A stretch of 64,000 nt of DNA from Neodothiora populina (taxonomy: Eukaryota). The stretch is taken from positions 248,001 through 312,000 of the forward strand of contig NW_027191407.1 of NCBI RefSeq assembly GCF_041146345.1, written 5' to 3'. Below are positions 34,723 to 46,829 of this stretch, piece after piece. Within the stretch, counting starts at the first letter, position 1; each line of letters begins with the position of its first letter. The position numbers and the translations under genes were made by a program. The notes beneath the pieces are model-generated. The model had not been told where the DNA came from. It did no database searches and saw nothing but the letters and a program-made list of their open reading frames with translations.

Positions 34723-35943
34723 CTACCCAAGCCCTGCGATAACATCATCCCCCAATCCCCACTCGGCCTCTTTCTCTTTCAGGATAGCCGTGGGCGTGGG
34801 GGTGTCGTTCTCATCATTACTCATCCCTGCACGGCTGAGCGAACTACTTCCGGTATCATCATAAGCGAAACTCTTTGATCGATTGTGGCGTTGTGTCTGC
34901 TTCTTCTCTTTCTTTTCTACTACAGCTTGTCCGTCGATCCGTCGCGACCATCTCCTCTGACGAGTGTATCTGCCCCATCCGTCCTTGGTCTGTCCGTCTT
35001 TCCATTTGTTGTCATAGTATACCCAGTCATCGACCTTCCATTCGGGCTCCGTCCATGCCTGACCCGGTGCTAATTTATAGTCCTGCGGCGACGTCGTCTC
35101 TTCCAGCATCTCGTCTGTCCACGCGGCTCTTTCATACGCAAGCATACTCGTCGTCCATCCGATGCCCAACCAACGCCTCTGGTTCTCGTATATGCCGACA
35201 TAAGAAGATGGCGGGGTTTTCGCCTTTGCGACAATCTTCTTGTCCACGTCGAGACTCGTGATTGTGACAAAGGTCCGTCGGACAAACCGTGATCTCCAGA
35301 GAATGATCCTCGATATCCGCGCGGGTCTCGAATGCCATGTCAAGACCAGGGTGCCAAACAGCAAGATGACTCGACGCGTGTTGAGTGTCCAGGCGAAAAA
35401 CCACCACAGCGGACTCGCGATCAGGATCCTCGTGAACAGCGTTGTCAGAGCAGGTCTCGTCGTGGCCGACGTGGCAGTCTGCTGCGTCGACAGAAAGTCG
35501 GTCAGCTTGGAGAATGGATCCAGCAAGACCTGGCACCGAGTGTTGAACAGTTCAAAGGTGGAGACAATATCATCTAGAGTCTTCTCTTGCTGACGAGAAG
35601 ACAGCGGTGAATACCTTCGATAATACATTGCTGTGATCAAGGTCGCAGTGACAATCAGAGGTCCCGTCCATTTGATGATCCATTCTCCGTATAAGACGGT
35701 GAACCAGAACGACGCCACGAGCAGAAAGGAATTCCACTGGTTTTCTGTCGTCCATGACAAAAGTCCAGCGAGTTGATTCAGCGGCACAACAAAAGGATAG
35801 CCATTTGTCAGAGTCCGGGTGATCTGAGGAGGCGTCGATCTTAATAAAGGCGTCTGTCTAGAGGTAATGGTTTGGCGTCGGGTAGTGGTTGTGTTGGACG
35901 AGGAGAATGACGCAGTGACCGACGGTGATCTATCTCTCTCCAT
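34723..35943 (-). CDS. Pex23/Pex30-family peroxin with dysferlin domain
   Basis: TPPQITRTL, LLSWT, LTWHSRPAR..R.ILWRS, YENQRRWLGIGWT, ERAAWTDE, WVYYDNKW, YTRQRRWSR; intronless. Confidence 0.87.
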   Translation of the reverse strand: MERDRSPSVTASFSSSNTTTTRRQTITSRQTPLLRSTPPQITRTLTNGYPFVVPLNQLAGLLSWTTENQWNSFLLVASFWFTVLYGEWIIKWTGPLIVTATLITAMYYRRYSPLSSRQQEKTLDDIVSTFELFNTRCQVLLDPFSKLTDFLSTQQTATSATTRPALTTLFTRILIASPLWWFFAWTLNTRRVILLFGTLVLTWHSRPARISRIILWRSRFVRRTFVTITSLDVDKKIVAKAKTPPSSYVGIYENQRRWLGIGWTTSMLAYERAAWTDEMLEETTSPQDYKLAPGQAWTEPEWKVDDWVYYDNKWKDGQTKDGWGRYTRQRRWSRRIDGQAVVEKKEKKQTQRHNRSKSFAYDDTGSSSLSRAGMSNDENDTPTPTAILKEKEAEWGLGDDVIAGLG

Positions 35944-36568
35944 TGTTATCGGAGTGTCTGCCGATCGTCAGCGTTTCATCTTTTTTTTATTTTAGTTCTA
36001 CAAGAAGACTGACCGAATGCTGCCATTGTAGTGCAGACGACGGAAGAGCAATAATCGGGGAGGCCAGTGTCATTTCGGATCCATCAACTCCTCCTCCGCC
36101 GCCCGTTCTTCCCCGCATGTTATCACATGAATTGGTCTGAGCTTTGTGACTGGTTTACTCCAATTGTGCCTCTACCTTTCACTCTGATCATGTGCTGACA
36201 GTATTTTCCGGAGTCTCAACAAGTCAAGCACGATCCGAGAAGGGTCTGCTCATCATGATGTAGCTGCTCGAGACATATCAACAATAGTGTATATGATAAT
36301 TTCAGACGCTCACTAGAGATGAGGATGCTGTCCAGCCAGATCATACAACAATCGAAGGCACTTCCTACGCTCCCCAGAAATAGCTCGGTGTCGCGTACAT
36401 AAGTATGCATAGCAGAAGTCGGCAGAAGGAGGGGAATAATACTCACGATGGGTCATAAGACGTTTGAGTTTCATTGTACAAAGATGAGCCTATGCTGGGA
36501 CTATGACTCGGGCAATTCCCACACTTCTTTCTCCCATGCGAAGTACTCGGCGCTTATCACGTCGCCTT

Positions 36569-37389
36569 TCACTGACCCTCGCGCCATCCAATCGGTATAA
36601 GAGCAGCAGCGACTTGCTGAATACCTCTCTCTGTAGCCAGAAGGTTGAACTGCGAAGCGGCATTGCGTGTGTCCTGTATCTCCAACCGAATACCAAGATC
36701 ACTGATGCGCTTTCTGGTGGCAGGCGACACGGGCGCAATCGAAGGACCGGTTCCCAGGATAAGTAGGTCTATTCAAACAATGGTTAGAGCACTCCATAGG
36801 CAACATGTCGATCACACATACCAGGCTTCGGCCAGACCAACTCGAGCAATCCCCAGCACTCATCCGTCACATCAAATTGACCTTTCGCGTTCAACAATTT
36901 TCCGCCTCTGCTCATGACACCTTTGTCGTCATCTCCTACCGCTCCTGCACCTATCGTGCCCTCTTTCCTCCCCTCGCGTATCCAAGGCTTCCATTTGAAC
37001 GCCTCTCCACCCACTAGAAGCACGCCGGCCTCGATGATCTTCATTCCATTGTTCAGCGCGAAGCCGTCTGATGCACAAGCATCGATAGCGGTAGTAGGAG
37101 CTGGTGTGTTTCCGAGGATGTTCATGGCGGCGAAATCGGTCTGGGTGTCTTCTTCGCTTGCGGGGCCTCTGTCCCTGCTCTTCGGCGCATTTGATGTTCG
37201 CGATGCGCAACCCCTAGTCGAGACAGCGAATGATCTCGTGTGAGTTGGTAGTTTAGTCTGCTTCCATGTCGACATCGCGGAAAAGGACTGCCTCTGTAAT
37301 GATGTCCTCGTGAAGGCCGAGATGGATCGTGAGGATTGTGGTATCTGATGTATGAGCCGAGCGGCGGGCTTCGTTGCAAAAGAAGCCAT
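36569..37389 (-). CDS. NDUFAF3: Complex I assembly factor NDUFAF3 (Mth938 domain)
   Basis: Presequence, EEDTQTDF, intron 36769-36821, then KPDLLILGTG...DTRNAASQFNLLATERG. Confidence 0.92.
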
Positions 37390-37883
37390 GGTCAATACTA
37401 TGTGATATTTCGGCGTCTTGCTGAGTGGATATGTTGTAGAACGGGGAAGCTCTTTTTGTTGTACGTATGACGAATAGTTTATAAAAGATGTATCCCGTCG
37501 CACATGAATGACCACCAGAAGGCTTTACTTGGCATGATTTCATGATCTGATATCTTAGTAGGTCAATATGACGGCCGGACGGCCATTGCGGCTGCAACAT
37601 GACGCTGTGCACGGGCCTTCTTTACATTCTCATAGGTCATGTAGCCTGAAGCACCGCTGTCTGCCTAAGGCAGCTTCGATATAATTGACGCCTCATCTCA
37701 AGACCTACACTGCTGAGCATACCGCGAAAGTCACCAGTGAACCGCCGACAAATGCATGACGATATGATAGAAAAATGTTTTTGACTTGGTATTCTTTCGC
37801 GCACTTTCTCAACGCCCAAAAAATGGATATTCCCACGCCCTGCGTCACAGTAGTCCATTCATTCCTTCTGTACCGAAGAGCAT

Positions 37884-38432
37884 CTAGAACTCCTTGACGG
37901 TGTCGCCTCTCCTCTTGCCCCGAAGGATGTATTTGCCCTAGAGTAAAATGTCAGCATGCCTTTTCCTGATATCGCCCGTCCGTAGTCCTTCTATGTTCTC
38001 CTGCGCATCCACCCGATCTTCCAATGTATGTTCCGTCTCTTCACCAAACACGTGAACCGTTCCCAAAGAAGCTTTCCTCCCAAGTAGTACAGCCCGAGAA
38101 CCAATGCTCAGAAAGTAGGAAACGTCGTCGCGCATGCGTACCTCAGTCTTATACGAAGCCCACAGGGCCATGCCAGGGATAACGCCGATCCAGACGAGCG
38201 ATAGCCAGGCAGTACGGGGAGTCCAACGGAAGAACTTGTATCGCTCGACATGCATATCTATTCTTTATCAGACCATGTTCCCATCAAGCCGGAGGATTGG
38301 CGGCGGAGCAGAGTGTAGCGTACTGTTGTATTTGACCAACGCCGGGTCGAGGTTGAGGGCTGTGTTTCCGAGTCAGTATTGTTTTCGCGAGCGCAAGTGG
38401 CTCTTCCGGAGCTTACAGTTGTTGTGACCCAT
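37884..38432 (-). CDS. Complex I accessory subunit NDUFB4/B15-like
   Basis: Four exons give MGHNNSLNLDPALVKYNNMHVERYKFFRWTPRTAWLSLVWIGVIPG...KTEGKYILRGKRRGDTVKEF. Introns 38360-38416, 38258-38323 and 37938-38141. Confidence 0.85.
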
Positions 38433-39324
38433 CTTGAATGTGTTTAATGGTGGATCAATGGGATGGGTGCTGGTTATATCATGTGCTTATTTGATTAATG
38501 GTTTGGTCGTGTATGATGGCCCTCATGGAGGTTCGGAGACGCCAAGTCTGGATTCGACCAATCACGTGCGGGGCTTTACTTCTTACGATGATGGAGGTTC
38601 AAAACTACCTTGCGGTCACACTTTCTATGTACCGCATCTCTTGCTATATGGAGCGTGTGTTAGTTTAAGGGTGGTAGTACATATCGTCCAAGGTAACTAT
38701 CTGTGAGTAAGTCGTGCAAACGACAATTCCAGGCCCTAAAAGAATAAGAAGACTCGTAGATGAACGTGTGACGGCGTCTGATCCAATTGTGCTGTGTATA
38801 GTCACTGTATCACGAATCATCAAAATCACAACAAATAACCATTCAAGAAGATCACTTCTCCTGCATGCTTTCTGTGAACAGTATGATTAGCTCACACCTC
38901 TGCAAAAGTGCACCTAGCCGCGCACCCCTGCAAACCACACGCAAGTTGGAAGGTAAGAATTATAAGCTTTTATGCTTCTTCGACCTCAACATAGGCACAG
39001 GCGACGCCCAGCGATTGTCGATCAATTCCGGACTGGGTTCCATGAGTCAATACAAGGCATGCAACTATTATCTTCCTGTACAAGCAACGAGATATTTACA
39101 AGTCAATTGATTTTGTTATTCATTATCGAGTGAGTAATGTGGTGCCATCGTGTTGTGGACAATTGTATATAAGTCTCTTCAGGAAGCTCGCACAGGAAAC
39201 AAGAACTCCACACATTTGTGTTCAGAAGTGGTATTGCGCAGATATATTGCGAGCCAATCCTCCGGAATTGTTTCGATTCCAACATTTATCTTCTCCTCTA
39301 CAAGAGCGAATTGCCTGCGACACC

Positions 39325-39843
39325 ATGACACTCGCAATTGCTCAGACCCGAACCTGGACCCGTGACGGCGACAGCTTCCTCACCAGCACTGATCGCTCGC
39401 TCATATCCCTCGAGGCGCTCAACAACGCTTTGGAATCCCCCGAGCTAGACTGGGCCAAAAGGCTTCCCTCTGCTGAGCTTAAGACCATGGTCGAGAGTTC
39501 CATGTGTTTCGGAGTGTACAAGAAGGCATCACAAGACCGCGAATCACCAGAAATGATTGGGTTCGCAAGGATCATCACTGATTACGTGACATTGGCCTAC
39601 CTGACCGACGTCTACGTGTTGCCCGATTATCAGGGTTTGGGGTTGGGGTCGTGGTTGCTAGAGTGTGTTGACGAGTGGGTCGATTCCATGCCCTTCAGGA
39701 GGCAACTTGTCTTCTTGGCTCATGAGGGCAAGAAAGAGAATTATTACGCCAAGAAGCTCGGGACGAGTCGAATGGAGGAGCAAGGGACTGGATATAGGTT
39801 TGTGAATCGCAAGGGGACGGGTACGAGTCTGGGTTCGGATTAG
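39325..39843 (+). CDS. GNAT-family N-acetyltransferase
   Basis: STDRSLI, SMCFGVY, IGFARIITDYVTLAYLTDVYVLPDYQGLGLG (acetyl-CoA motif A). Confidence 0.88.
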   Translation: MTLAIAQTRTWTRDGDSFLTSTDRSLISLEALNNALESPELDWAKRLPSAELKTMVESSMCFGVYKKASQDRESPEMIGFARIITDYVTLAYLTDVYVLPDYQGLGLGSWLLECVDEWVDSMPFRRQLVFLAHEGKKENYYAKKLGTSRMEEQGTGYRFVNRKGTGTSLGSD

Positions 39844-39992
39844 ATCCTGCATCACTCGCAGGAATATCGCTGGCTCGAATGTGTATTGGCTTCGTAGCAT
39901 CGGTCGCCATCAACCACCTGGTGGATGGTTCGGAACATAATTTGTGGTCCGACATTCATGCAGGCCTTCGTTTTCCACAATGGTCGGAACGA

Positions 39993-40599
39993 TTACGAAG
40001 TCTCATACTTGCTCTTCGGCGGCTCGTAGTAGTGCGCCATCTCGAGACCAGCTCGTTTGAAACCACACTTTACGTAGAACCCCTCATTTGCTTCCGAGCA
40101 ATCAAGAATAGTCTGCACCTCTATTAGCAACCGTGACTCGACTGCAAATTCAGACAAAACATACCTTATAGCAACCAACTTCCTCAGCCACATAATCCAG
40201 CGCCTGAATGATCCTCAACCCAAGCTTCTTGCCCTGCTGATCTTTCGCAACGGCGATATCCTCAATATGTCCAACAAGCCCAAGATTGTGAATAAACTTC
40301 TTCTCCACGATCAAAGCGCCAGTGCCCACAATTTTCTTGTCGCCATCCAAGATGACAAGGACGTGATAGCCACCCGCACCTCTGCCTGCTCCTTTAGGCG
40401 CCTGCATCTCCTCGAACCGACTCGCAAACTCCTGCTCGCTGACATCTCCGACTGTGGTGAGCACTCGTAGCACATCTAGGAAGCCGGAGTGGTAGTCGGA
40501 GGCTTGGAGGGGTCGCACGGTGTAGCCCTCTGGTAATGCGCTGCTGACTTCTGGCGAAATTAGGGTGGGCGAGAATAGAGGTTCGTTTGACAGCGTCAT
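39993..40599 (-). CDS. GNA1: Glucosamine-6-phosphate N-acetyltransferase
   Basis: VLRVLTTVG, VEKKFIH, GHIEDIAVAKDQQGKKLG, GCYK-TILDC, FYVKCGF. Intron 40113-40164. Confidence 0.96.
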
Positions 40600-41500
40600 T
40601 GTGTATGAGAGCCTGGTATTGCTATGGAGCTTTGATTTCTTCTTCGACTATGTGTAGTAGACAAGAGATCAGAAGAAGACCGTATCTGGAGTGGTAGACG
40701 TGGATGGGTCAATTGATATGGATGTACAGGGCGAACGAGTATATGTGATAATAATAGATATCCGGGGCTACACTTAAAATATACTTGGGTCAATGTTTAC
40801 CTTGATTAAGGGTCCCCCCATGCCGCCCCCATGCCAAGAGAAGCGAGGGGGAGGCTCAGCTCAATCGCGCGCGGGTTCCTGCAGGCAGCGTGTCGCTAAT
40901 ACCCGTACTGTAAGAAACATATCGCGCCTAAATATTGATTGCTCCTAGACCGGTCGTACTACAAGTATATCGTAGGAGGGCCGGCCATGCGCTCGCGAGA
41001 TCAGCTAGCCGTGTCATAGATCTATATATAATTGCTCTTGACTGTTGTGATGTCATTGATTTAGTCGGGTGTCAAAGTCACATCTGGCTTTCGAGAGAGT
41101 GGGGAGACCCTGTCCCCCATAAGCATACCTGAATGTCTGTATGTTATGCTGAGTAACAACGAGTAATCGTCCAACGTACAGACTGTGTTCCTTGAGTATG
41201 ATATCGGTCATCGCAGTATTGTAGAGTCGGAAAAGTTTAGTCTGTGTGTTTATGACGACCTTCAATAGTGTTGTCTTCTACATAGACCGGAAGGGATCTC
41301 CCGGGAAACCCGTCTGTATGGGATACCATGTTGTGCTTGTTTGTTCACCAACCTCTACGCTAAGAGTCATTCAGTAGCATCGACAAGATAGCTCCATTAA
41401 CAAGCGGGCTGTTTCCTAAACAGAAACAAAGACGTAGGAATCGTTGGGCTGGAGTACCCTTGAAGTCTGCCATAGTGTTATACTATCGATCGGAAACACT

Positions 41501-44488
41501 TCAGAAACCCCTCCGTTTCGGCACGATAGGTTTCCTAACCGCGCCGACAGCCGAGACCTTCTTGACCGCACTCTTCCCGACCTTGACTTTCTCCCTCTCT
41601 TCCTCCTTCCGCTTCAGCTCCTTGGCACGTTCGCGGTCAGCAGCCATCTGCGTCTCGATCTCCATCTTCTTATTGAATTCGAGCTCTGTTGTGCGTTTCT
41701 CTCGCGCACTGTAGCCCTTTTCCTTGACGCTGTAGAAAACACCTCCTAGATCCGCCAGCCAGTGCGCGTCGACGCTCGTCACACATGACATGTACTCCTT
41801 GCTGGTGAGGATCAACTCGTGATAGACAACATAATCCGGCGGATCTCCAGAGTTATAAAGTGCGGACGTCGGATGCAGTTGCATGCTCACACTCGTGCGA
41901 AGGTTCAGGTATTCGCCCAGACCTTTCCGTTTCGCGGCTTGGTGGTAGTACCCGGCGCAAATGCAGTGGCGCACGATTTCCGTGTCGTAGCCGCATGATA
42001 CCAGGGGCATGTCCTCCTGCTTGGCCATAATGTCTTTTATCTGCTCGCGAATCTCGCGTGCGCGGTGCAGGGCTTTGGGATGCAGAAAGTGCGTTACACT
42101 CCACTTGTCGCTGCATCGATTGGCGGTCCATTGCTGATACACATGCAAGAGCGTCAAATGGTCGGAAGCAGGGTCGAAGAACTTCTCGCGAGCAGCGTCG
42201 GCTTCTTCCATACGCTCTTTGGGCCTGTAGAACACAGAAGGAACGGACAGCATGGACACAATGGTCAGAATCTCTTCGCTGCAGCCGTAACGGCAAGACG
42301 TGATAACGAGCTTGGCGAGAGAGGGGTCCATGGGGAATGCTGTCATCTGTCGGCCCAGGACAGTCAGATCGCCTAGATTGTCCAAGGCACCCAGAGCCCA
42401 GAGATCAAAGAGTGAGGTGGTGATTGTATCCTGCGGAGGCGGATCCATGAAATCAAAGTCCAGCAGGTCTTTGACACCGAGGGACTTTAGAAGAAGGACT
42501 GTATTGGCGAGATTCGTTCGCTGAATCTCGGGAATGGTGGCTATGTAGAATTCGTCGCGGAAGGCTCGTTCAGTGTAAAGATGGAAGGCCTTGCCCGGGC
42601 CGGTGCGACCAGCACGACCGGCTCTCTGTTGAGCGTTGGCTTGAGAAATGGGTGTGATCTGGAGTGTGTCCATGCCCATGCGTGGGTTGTAGACCTTGAG
42701 CTTGCTAAACCCAGTATCGACAACGTACATGATACCATCGACAGTAAGGGATGTCTCGGCGATATTGGTGGCGACAATGACCTTGCGAACGCCAGCGTCG
42801 GCCCTTTCGAAGATTTTGGCCTGCAAGTCGGCGGGCATCTGAGAGTAGATTGGCAGGATAGATAGTTTTGGCGGATCATTGAGCAGATTCAGGCGTTCGG
42901 CTATTAGTTCGCAGGTCGTCTCGATATCTTCTTGACCAGTCATAAAGACAAGGATATCGCCAGGGCCTTGGGAGACGTGAATGGCGAGCACCTGCTTGAC
43001 AGCGCTGTCGACATAGTCTTCGCAAGGACTTCGTGAATATTGAATATCGACAGGGAACGTTCGACCAGGAATGAAGAACTCGGGAGCTCCACCGTAGAAA
43101 CGCGAGAAGCGTTCGGCGTTCATAGTGGCTGATGTGACGATAAGCTTGAGGTCCCGCCGTCTAGCCAGGACTTTCTTGATCAGACCCATCAGAACATCAG
43201 TATTCAGAGCACGCTCGTGGGCCTCGTCCATGATGATACAAGAGTACTTGTCGAGATCCGGCTCTACAAGGGACTCGCGCAGTAGGACACCGTCAGTCAT
43301 ATACTTGATGGCGGTCTCTTTGCTTGTGCAATCCTCGAATCGGATAGCGTAACCGACAGTGCCTCCGAGTTTGACCTCCATTTCTTCGGCAACACGTTTG
43401 GCGACACTCATTGCAGCGACACGACGCGGTTGTGTGCAGCCGATTAAGCCGTTCTTAGCGTAGCCATCCTCGTAGAGGAATTGCGTGAGCTGGGTAGTCT
43501 TTCCTGAACCCGTTTGACCGACGACGACGACGACCTGGTTGTCGCGAATCACACGAAGCAGTTCCTCGCGTACAGCAAACGCAGGAAGGTATTCGCGTTG
43601 CTCGCGGAGTGTTTTGGATCTACTGAAGGCGCTCTGGCCTTCGTTCTTCTTGAGATGGTCGGCAAACTTGCTTCCGCCCTTGTGGTTATGTTCTTCATCA
43701 TTGCCATCAGGGCCAGTCGGTGCGGCACTGTCCTGATCACCGTCCTTGACCTGCATAATGTTGCCGAGAGCGGTGCCGGCGATGTTGGTGGCCTCCTGAG
43801 CCTGCTGTTTTCTTTCTTTCTGATGCCTTCTTTCCTTCACAACCTTGCTGCCCTTGCGACTGAAGACAGCCATGTCGCTCTGGGGATCACGCACCGCTGA
43901 TATGGGCTCGAGCTGCTTGGTGAAGATGGTTTTGCCGTCCAGAAAAGGCGGCTTCAGGTCATGTACGAGCAAATGCACCCTGGTCCCCTCGTCGTCATCC
44001 TCAAAACCAGACATCATGTCCCTCCGCTGGGCGACTCCGGAGGTGAGCATACGATTCGTCTCCCAGGCATCGTTGTCTCGCTGCCGCTGCATGGCGCGCG
44101 GGTCGGAACGTCTCTGAGCAGCCAGCTTTTTCTCGAAGAGGGCCGCCTCGCGCTGCTGTTCCTCCCATGTCGCGCCTTCATCGCCGAAAGGGTTGTGTGA
44201 TTCATCGCCCAGGGTGGCGCCACCTTCATCTCCCAGATACCAGTCACGGTCGAGATTGGTCGAGTCTTCCTGGCTCACTCCAGGTTCGGGACCGTCGAAT
44301 TCCTGTTGGTGGGGTTTAGAGTCGGCGGCGGGTCTTCTAGAGTCGTGCTGACTTCGTGAACGTGAAGCATGATGGCTCGGTGGTGGTCGTCGCGCTGGCT
44401 GTGTGGAGAAGTGAGCTTCTTCATCGTCGTTGTGGTCATGGTGAATCCTCCGCCTCTTGGGACTGTGTGGTGAACCGTCGCGCGCCAT
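41501..44488 (-). CDS. PRP16: Pre-mRNA splicing DEAH-box helicase Prp16
   Basis: [49 protein letters not shown]. Confidence 0.96.
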   Translation of the reverse strand: MARDGSPHSPKRRRIHHDHNDDEEAHFSTQPARRPPPSHHASRSRSQHDSRRPAADSKPHQQEFDGPEPGVSQEDSTNLDRDWYLGDEGGATLGDESHNPFGDEGATWEEQQREAALFEKKLAAQRRSDPRAMQRQRDNDAWETNRMLTSGVAQRRDMMSGFEDDDEGTRVHLLVHDLKPPFLDGKTIFTKQLEPISAVRDPQSDMAVFSRKGSKVVKERRHQKERKQQAQEATNIAGTALGNIMQVKDGDQDSAAPTGPDGNDEEHNHKGGSKFADHLKKNEGQSAFSRSKTLREQREYLPAFAVREELLRVIRDNQVVVVVGQTGSGKTTQLTQFLYEDGYAKNGLIGCTQPRRVAAMSVAKRVAEEMEVKLGGTVGYAIRFEDCTSKETAIKYMTDGVLLRESLVEPDLDKYSCIIMDEAHERALNTDVLMGLIKKVLARRRDLKLIVTSATMNAERFSRFYGGAPEFFIPGRTFPVDIQYSRSPCEDYVDSAVKQVLAIHVSQGPGDILVFMTGQEDIETTCELIAERLNLLNDPPKLSILPIYSQMPADLQAKIFERADAGVRKVIVATNIAETSLTVDGIMYVVDTGFSKLKVYNPRMGMDTLQITPISQANAQQRAGRAGRTGPGKAFHLYTERAFRDEFYIATIPEIQRTNLANTVLLLKSLGVKDLLDFDFMDPPPQDTITTSLFDLWALGALDNLGDLTVLGRQMTAFPMDPSLAKLVITSCRYGCSEEILTIVSMLSVPSVFYRPKERMEEADAAREKFFDPASDHLTLLHVYQQWTANRCSDKWSVTHFLHPKALHRAREIREQIKDIMAKQEDMPLVSCGYDTEIVRHCICAGYYHQAAKRKGLGEYLNLRTSVSMQLHPTSALYNSGDPPDYVVYHELILTSKEYMSCVTSVDAHWLADLGGVFYSVKEKGYSAREKRTTELEFNKKMEIETQMAADRERAKELKRKEEEREKVKVGKSAVKKVSAVGAVRKPIVPKRRGF

Positions 44489-44768
44489 TCCCAGAGAAAG
44501 TGAAGAGCTGAGGAAGGTGCAGTCGACATCTGGTATGGAGACATATTGTAGGGTATAGAGAGTCTTGGCACATATGACAGCAGAGCCTTGGCGCGAGACC
44601 CCCGCTGCGAACTCCGCCCCGCAAAAAGTGGAAGTTCGAAAGCCTCAAGAATAAAAAAGGCTTGGCGGGAAAGTCGCTCTTGCCCCAAAAAATAAATCCA
44701 TGGCGAATGCAGCGTGAGATGAGGCACTTTCCTGAAAAGTGAACAACCAACCACACAATACACCAAAC

Positions 44769-46563
44769 ATGTCTATGATAACGGCGACGACCTGGGTGCC
44801 GAGAGGCTTTGCTGCCGCCTTCCCCACCAAATATGTCTTCGACGACGACGAGTACGAGCGCATCTCGAAGCTGGCAAAACTCGAGCTCGATGACGCCAAA
44901 GAGGGTCTCGCTGAGGCGCAGGCCGAGTTGAACGGCGACGGAAAGACCGGCGACGACAATGTCAAGAAGGCCACGAGCGCTGCGCGACAGGCAGGGAGTT
45001 CTGGATCTGGAGCGGAAAAGGAGGATGAAGACATGTGAGTTTACTCTGCATTCTTATCCTTTCAATTACTGACATTTTTCTTTCTTTTCTTCCTCTCATA
45101 GTGACCTCAACGATGATGACCTCAAAGAATATGACCTCGAACATTACGACAGTGACGACGAGGAAGCTGGCGAAAACCCGGAGAACGTCGAGTCGAGCAT
45201 GTCCATGTTCGGAAACGTGCGATCGCTGGCTTACCATCAATCCAACGCCGAGGACCCATATATCACCCTTAACGAAGGCGAAGCGAGCGACGACGAGGAC
45301 CGCGAGGAGCTGCAGATCATGCCCACCGACAATCTTGTTCTGGCAGCGCGCATCGAGGACGAAGTGGCGCACTTGGAATGTTATGTTTACGACGATCAGG
45401 ACGACAACCTCTACGTCCACCACGACATCATGTTGCCCGCCATCCCGCTCGCTGTAGAGTGGCTCGACATGCCTGTCAACAAGAAGGGAACGACCGCCGA
45501 ATCCAAGGGCAACTACGTCGCTGTGGGTACCATGGACCCGGATATTGAGATTTGGGACCTCGACACTATCGACAGCATGTATCCTGCCGCCATTCTGGGT
45601 CAGGGAACCGCCGAGAGCAGTGCAGCCGCCGCTCTTAGCACACAGAAGAAGAAGAAAAAGAAGGCGAAGAACGCCGAGAAGATCAACGCCAACTACCATA
45701 CCGACGCCGTCCTCTCCCTGTCCGCGAACCGCGCTCATCGCAACCTACTCGCCTCCGCCTCCGCAGACACCACAGTCAAGCTATGGGACCTGACCACCTG
45801 CACCGCAGCCAAATCATACCAATACCACAGCGACAAAGTCTGCTCCCTACACTTCCACCCGAACCCCTCCCACGCCACTATTCTCCTGTCAGGCTCCTAC
45901 GACCGCACAGTCTGCGCCGCCGACCTGCGTCTGTCAGAAATGGACAAGATCCCGCGCTGGGGCGTCGACTCAGACGTCGAGAACGTACGCTGGGACCCCT
46001 TCGACGAGCACAAATTCTACACGTCGACGGAATCCGGAATCCTGTACTGCTTCGACGCACGAAACGCGCCCTCGGACCCCGCAGGCACGAAACCCCTGTG
46101 GCGCCTGCAGGCCCACGAGAGCTCGCTGTCCTCGTTCTCCATCAACCCTTCGCTGCCGGGCTTCATCGCCACAGGCGGCACTGACCGTACCGTCAAGCTG
46201 TGGAACGTCCAGCAAGACAGCGCCTCGGGTCCCTCGATGGTCGTCTCCCGCGATCTCGGCGTCGGCCGCGTCTTTTCCGCTCAATTCGCCCCTGATGAGT
46301 CTGTCGCTTTCAGACTCGCCGTCGCCGGCTCCAAAGGCAACGTCCAAGTCTGGGACACGTCTACCAACCGCGCCGTGCGCGAAGCTTTCGGAGGCAGGGC
46401 GCCGGGCGTCAAGCCTGCTTCTGCGTCCGATGATGTCGTCGAAAGACTTGTTGGCGTCGCGGCTGATGATGAGGATGATAGTGATGAGGAGGAAGAAGAA
46501 GAGGAGGAGGAGGATGCGGCTCCTGGCGCTGATGAGAGGGGCTGGGAGAGCATGAGCGAGTAA
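44769..46563 (+). CDS. PWP1: Periodic tryptophan protein 1 (WD40, rRNA processing)
   Basis: MSMITATTWVPRG, DLKEYDLEHYD, NLYVHHDIMLP, IEIWDLD. Intron 45035-45101. Confidence 0.95.
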
Positions 46564-46829
46564 AATGTCTCTTTTGTCCCTTTGTTTCGTTGATGATCCC
46601 AGAGGAAAGGATTGGCAAGGCAGTGTTGGGAAAAGTGTTTAGCTCAGATAACTCGAAATGATACCATATAGATTACACGTCTTCTTTCGTACATTCCTTT
46701 CCGACTACTGTATGTTTAAACGCCACTTTTTGTGCCCTCACATCGTCACTAAAGGTTCACGAGGAGCAAAAGTATCCGGCACGCGGCGATGCGGCGAATA
46801 GATTCTCCCACAGCCTTAGCCGAGTGTTC

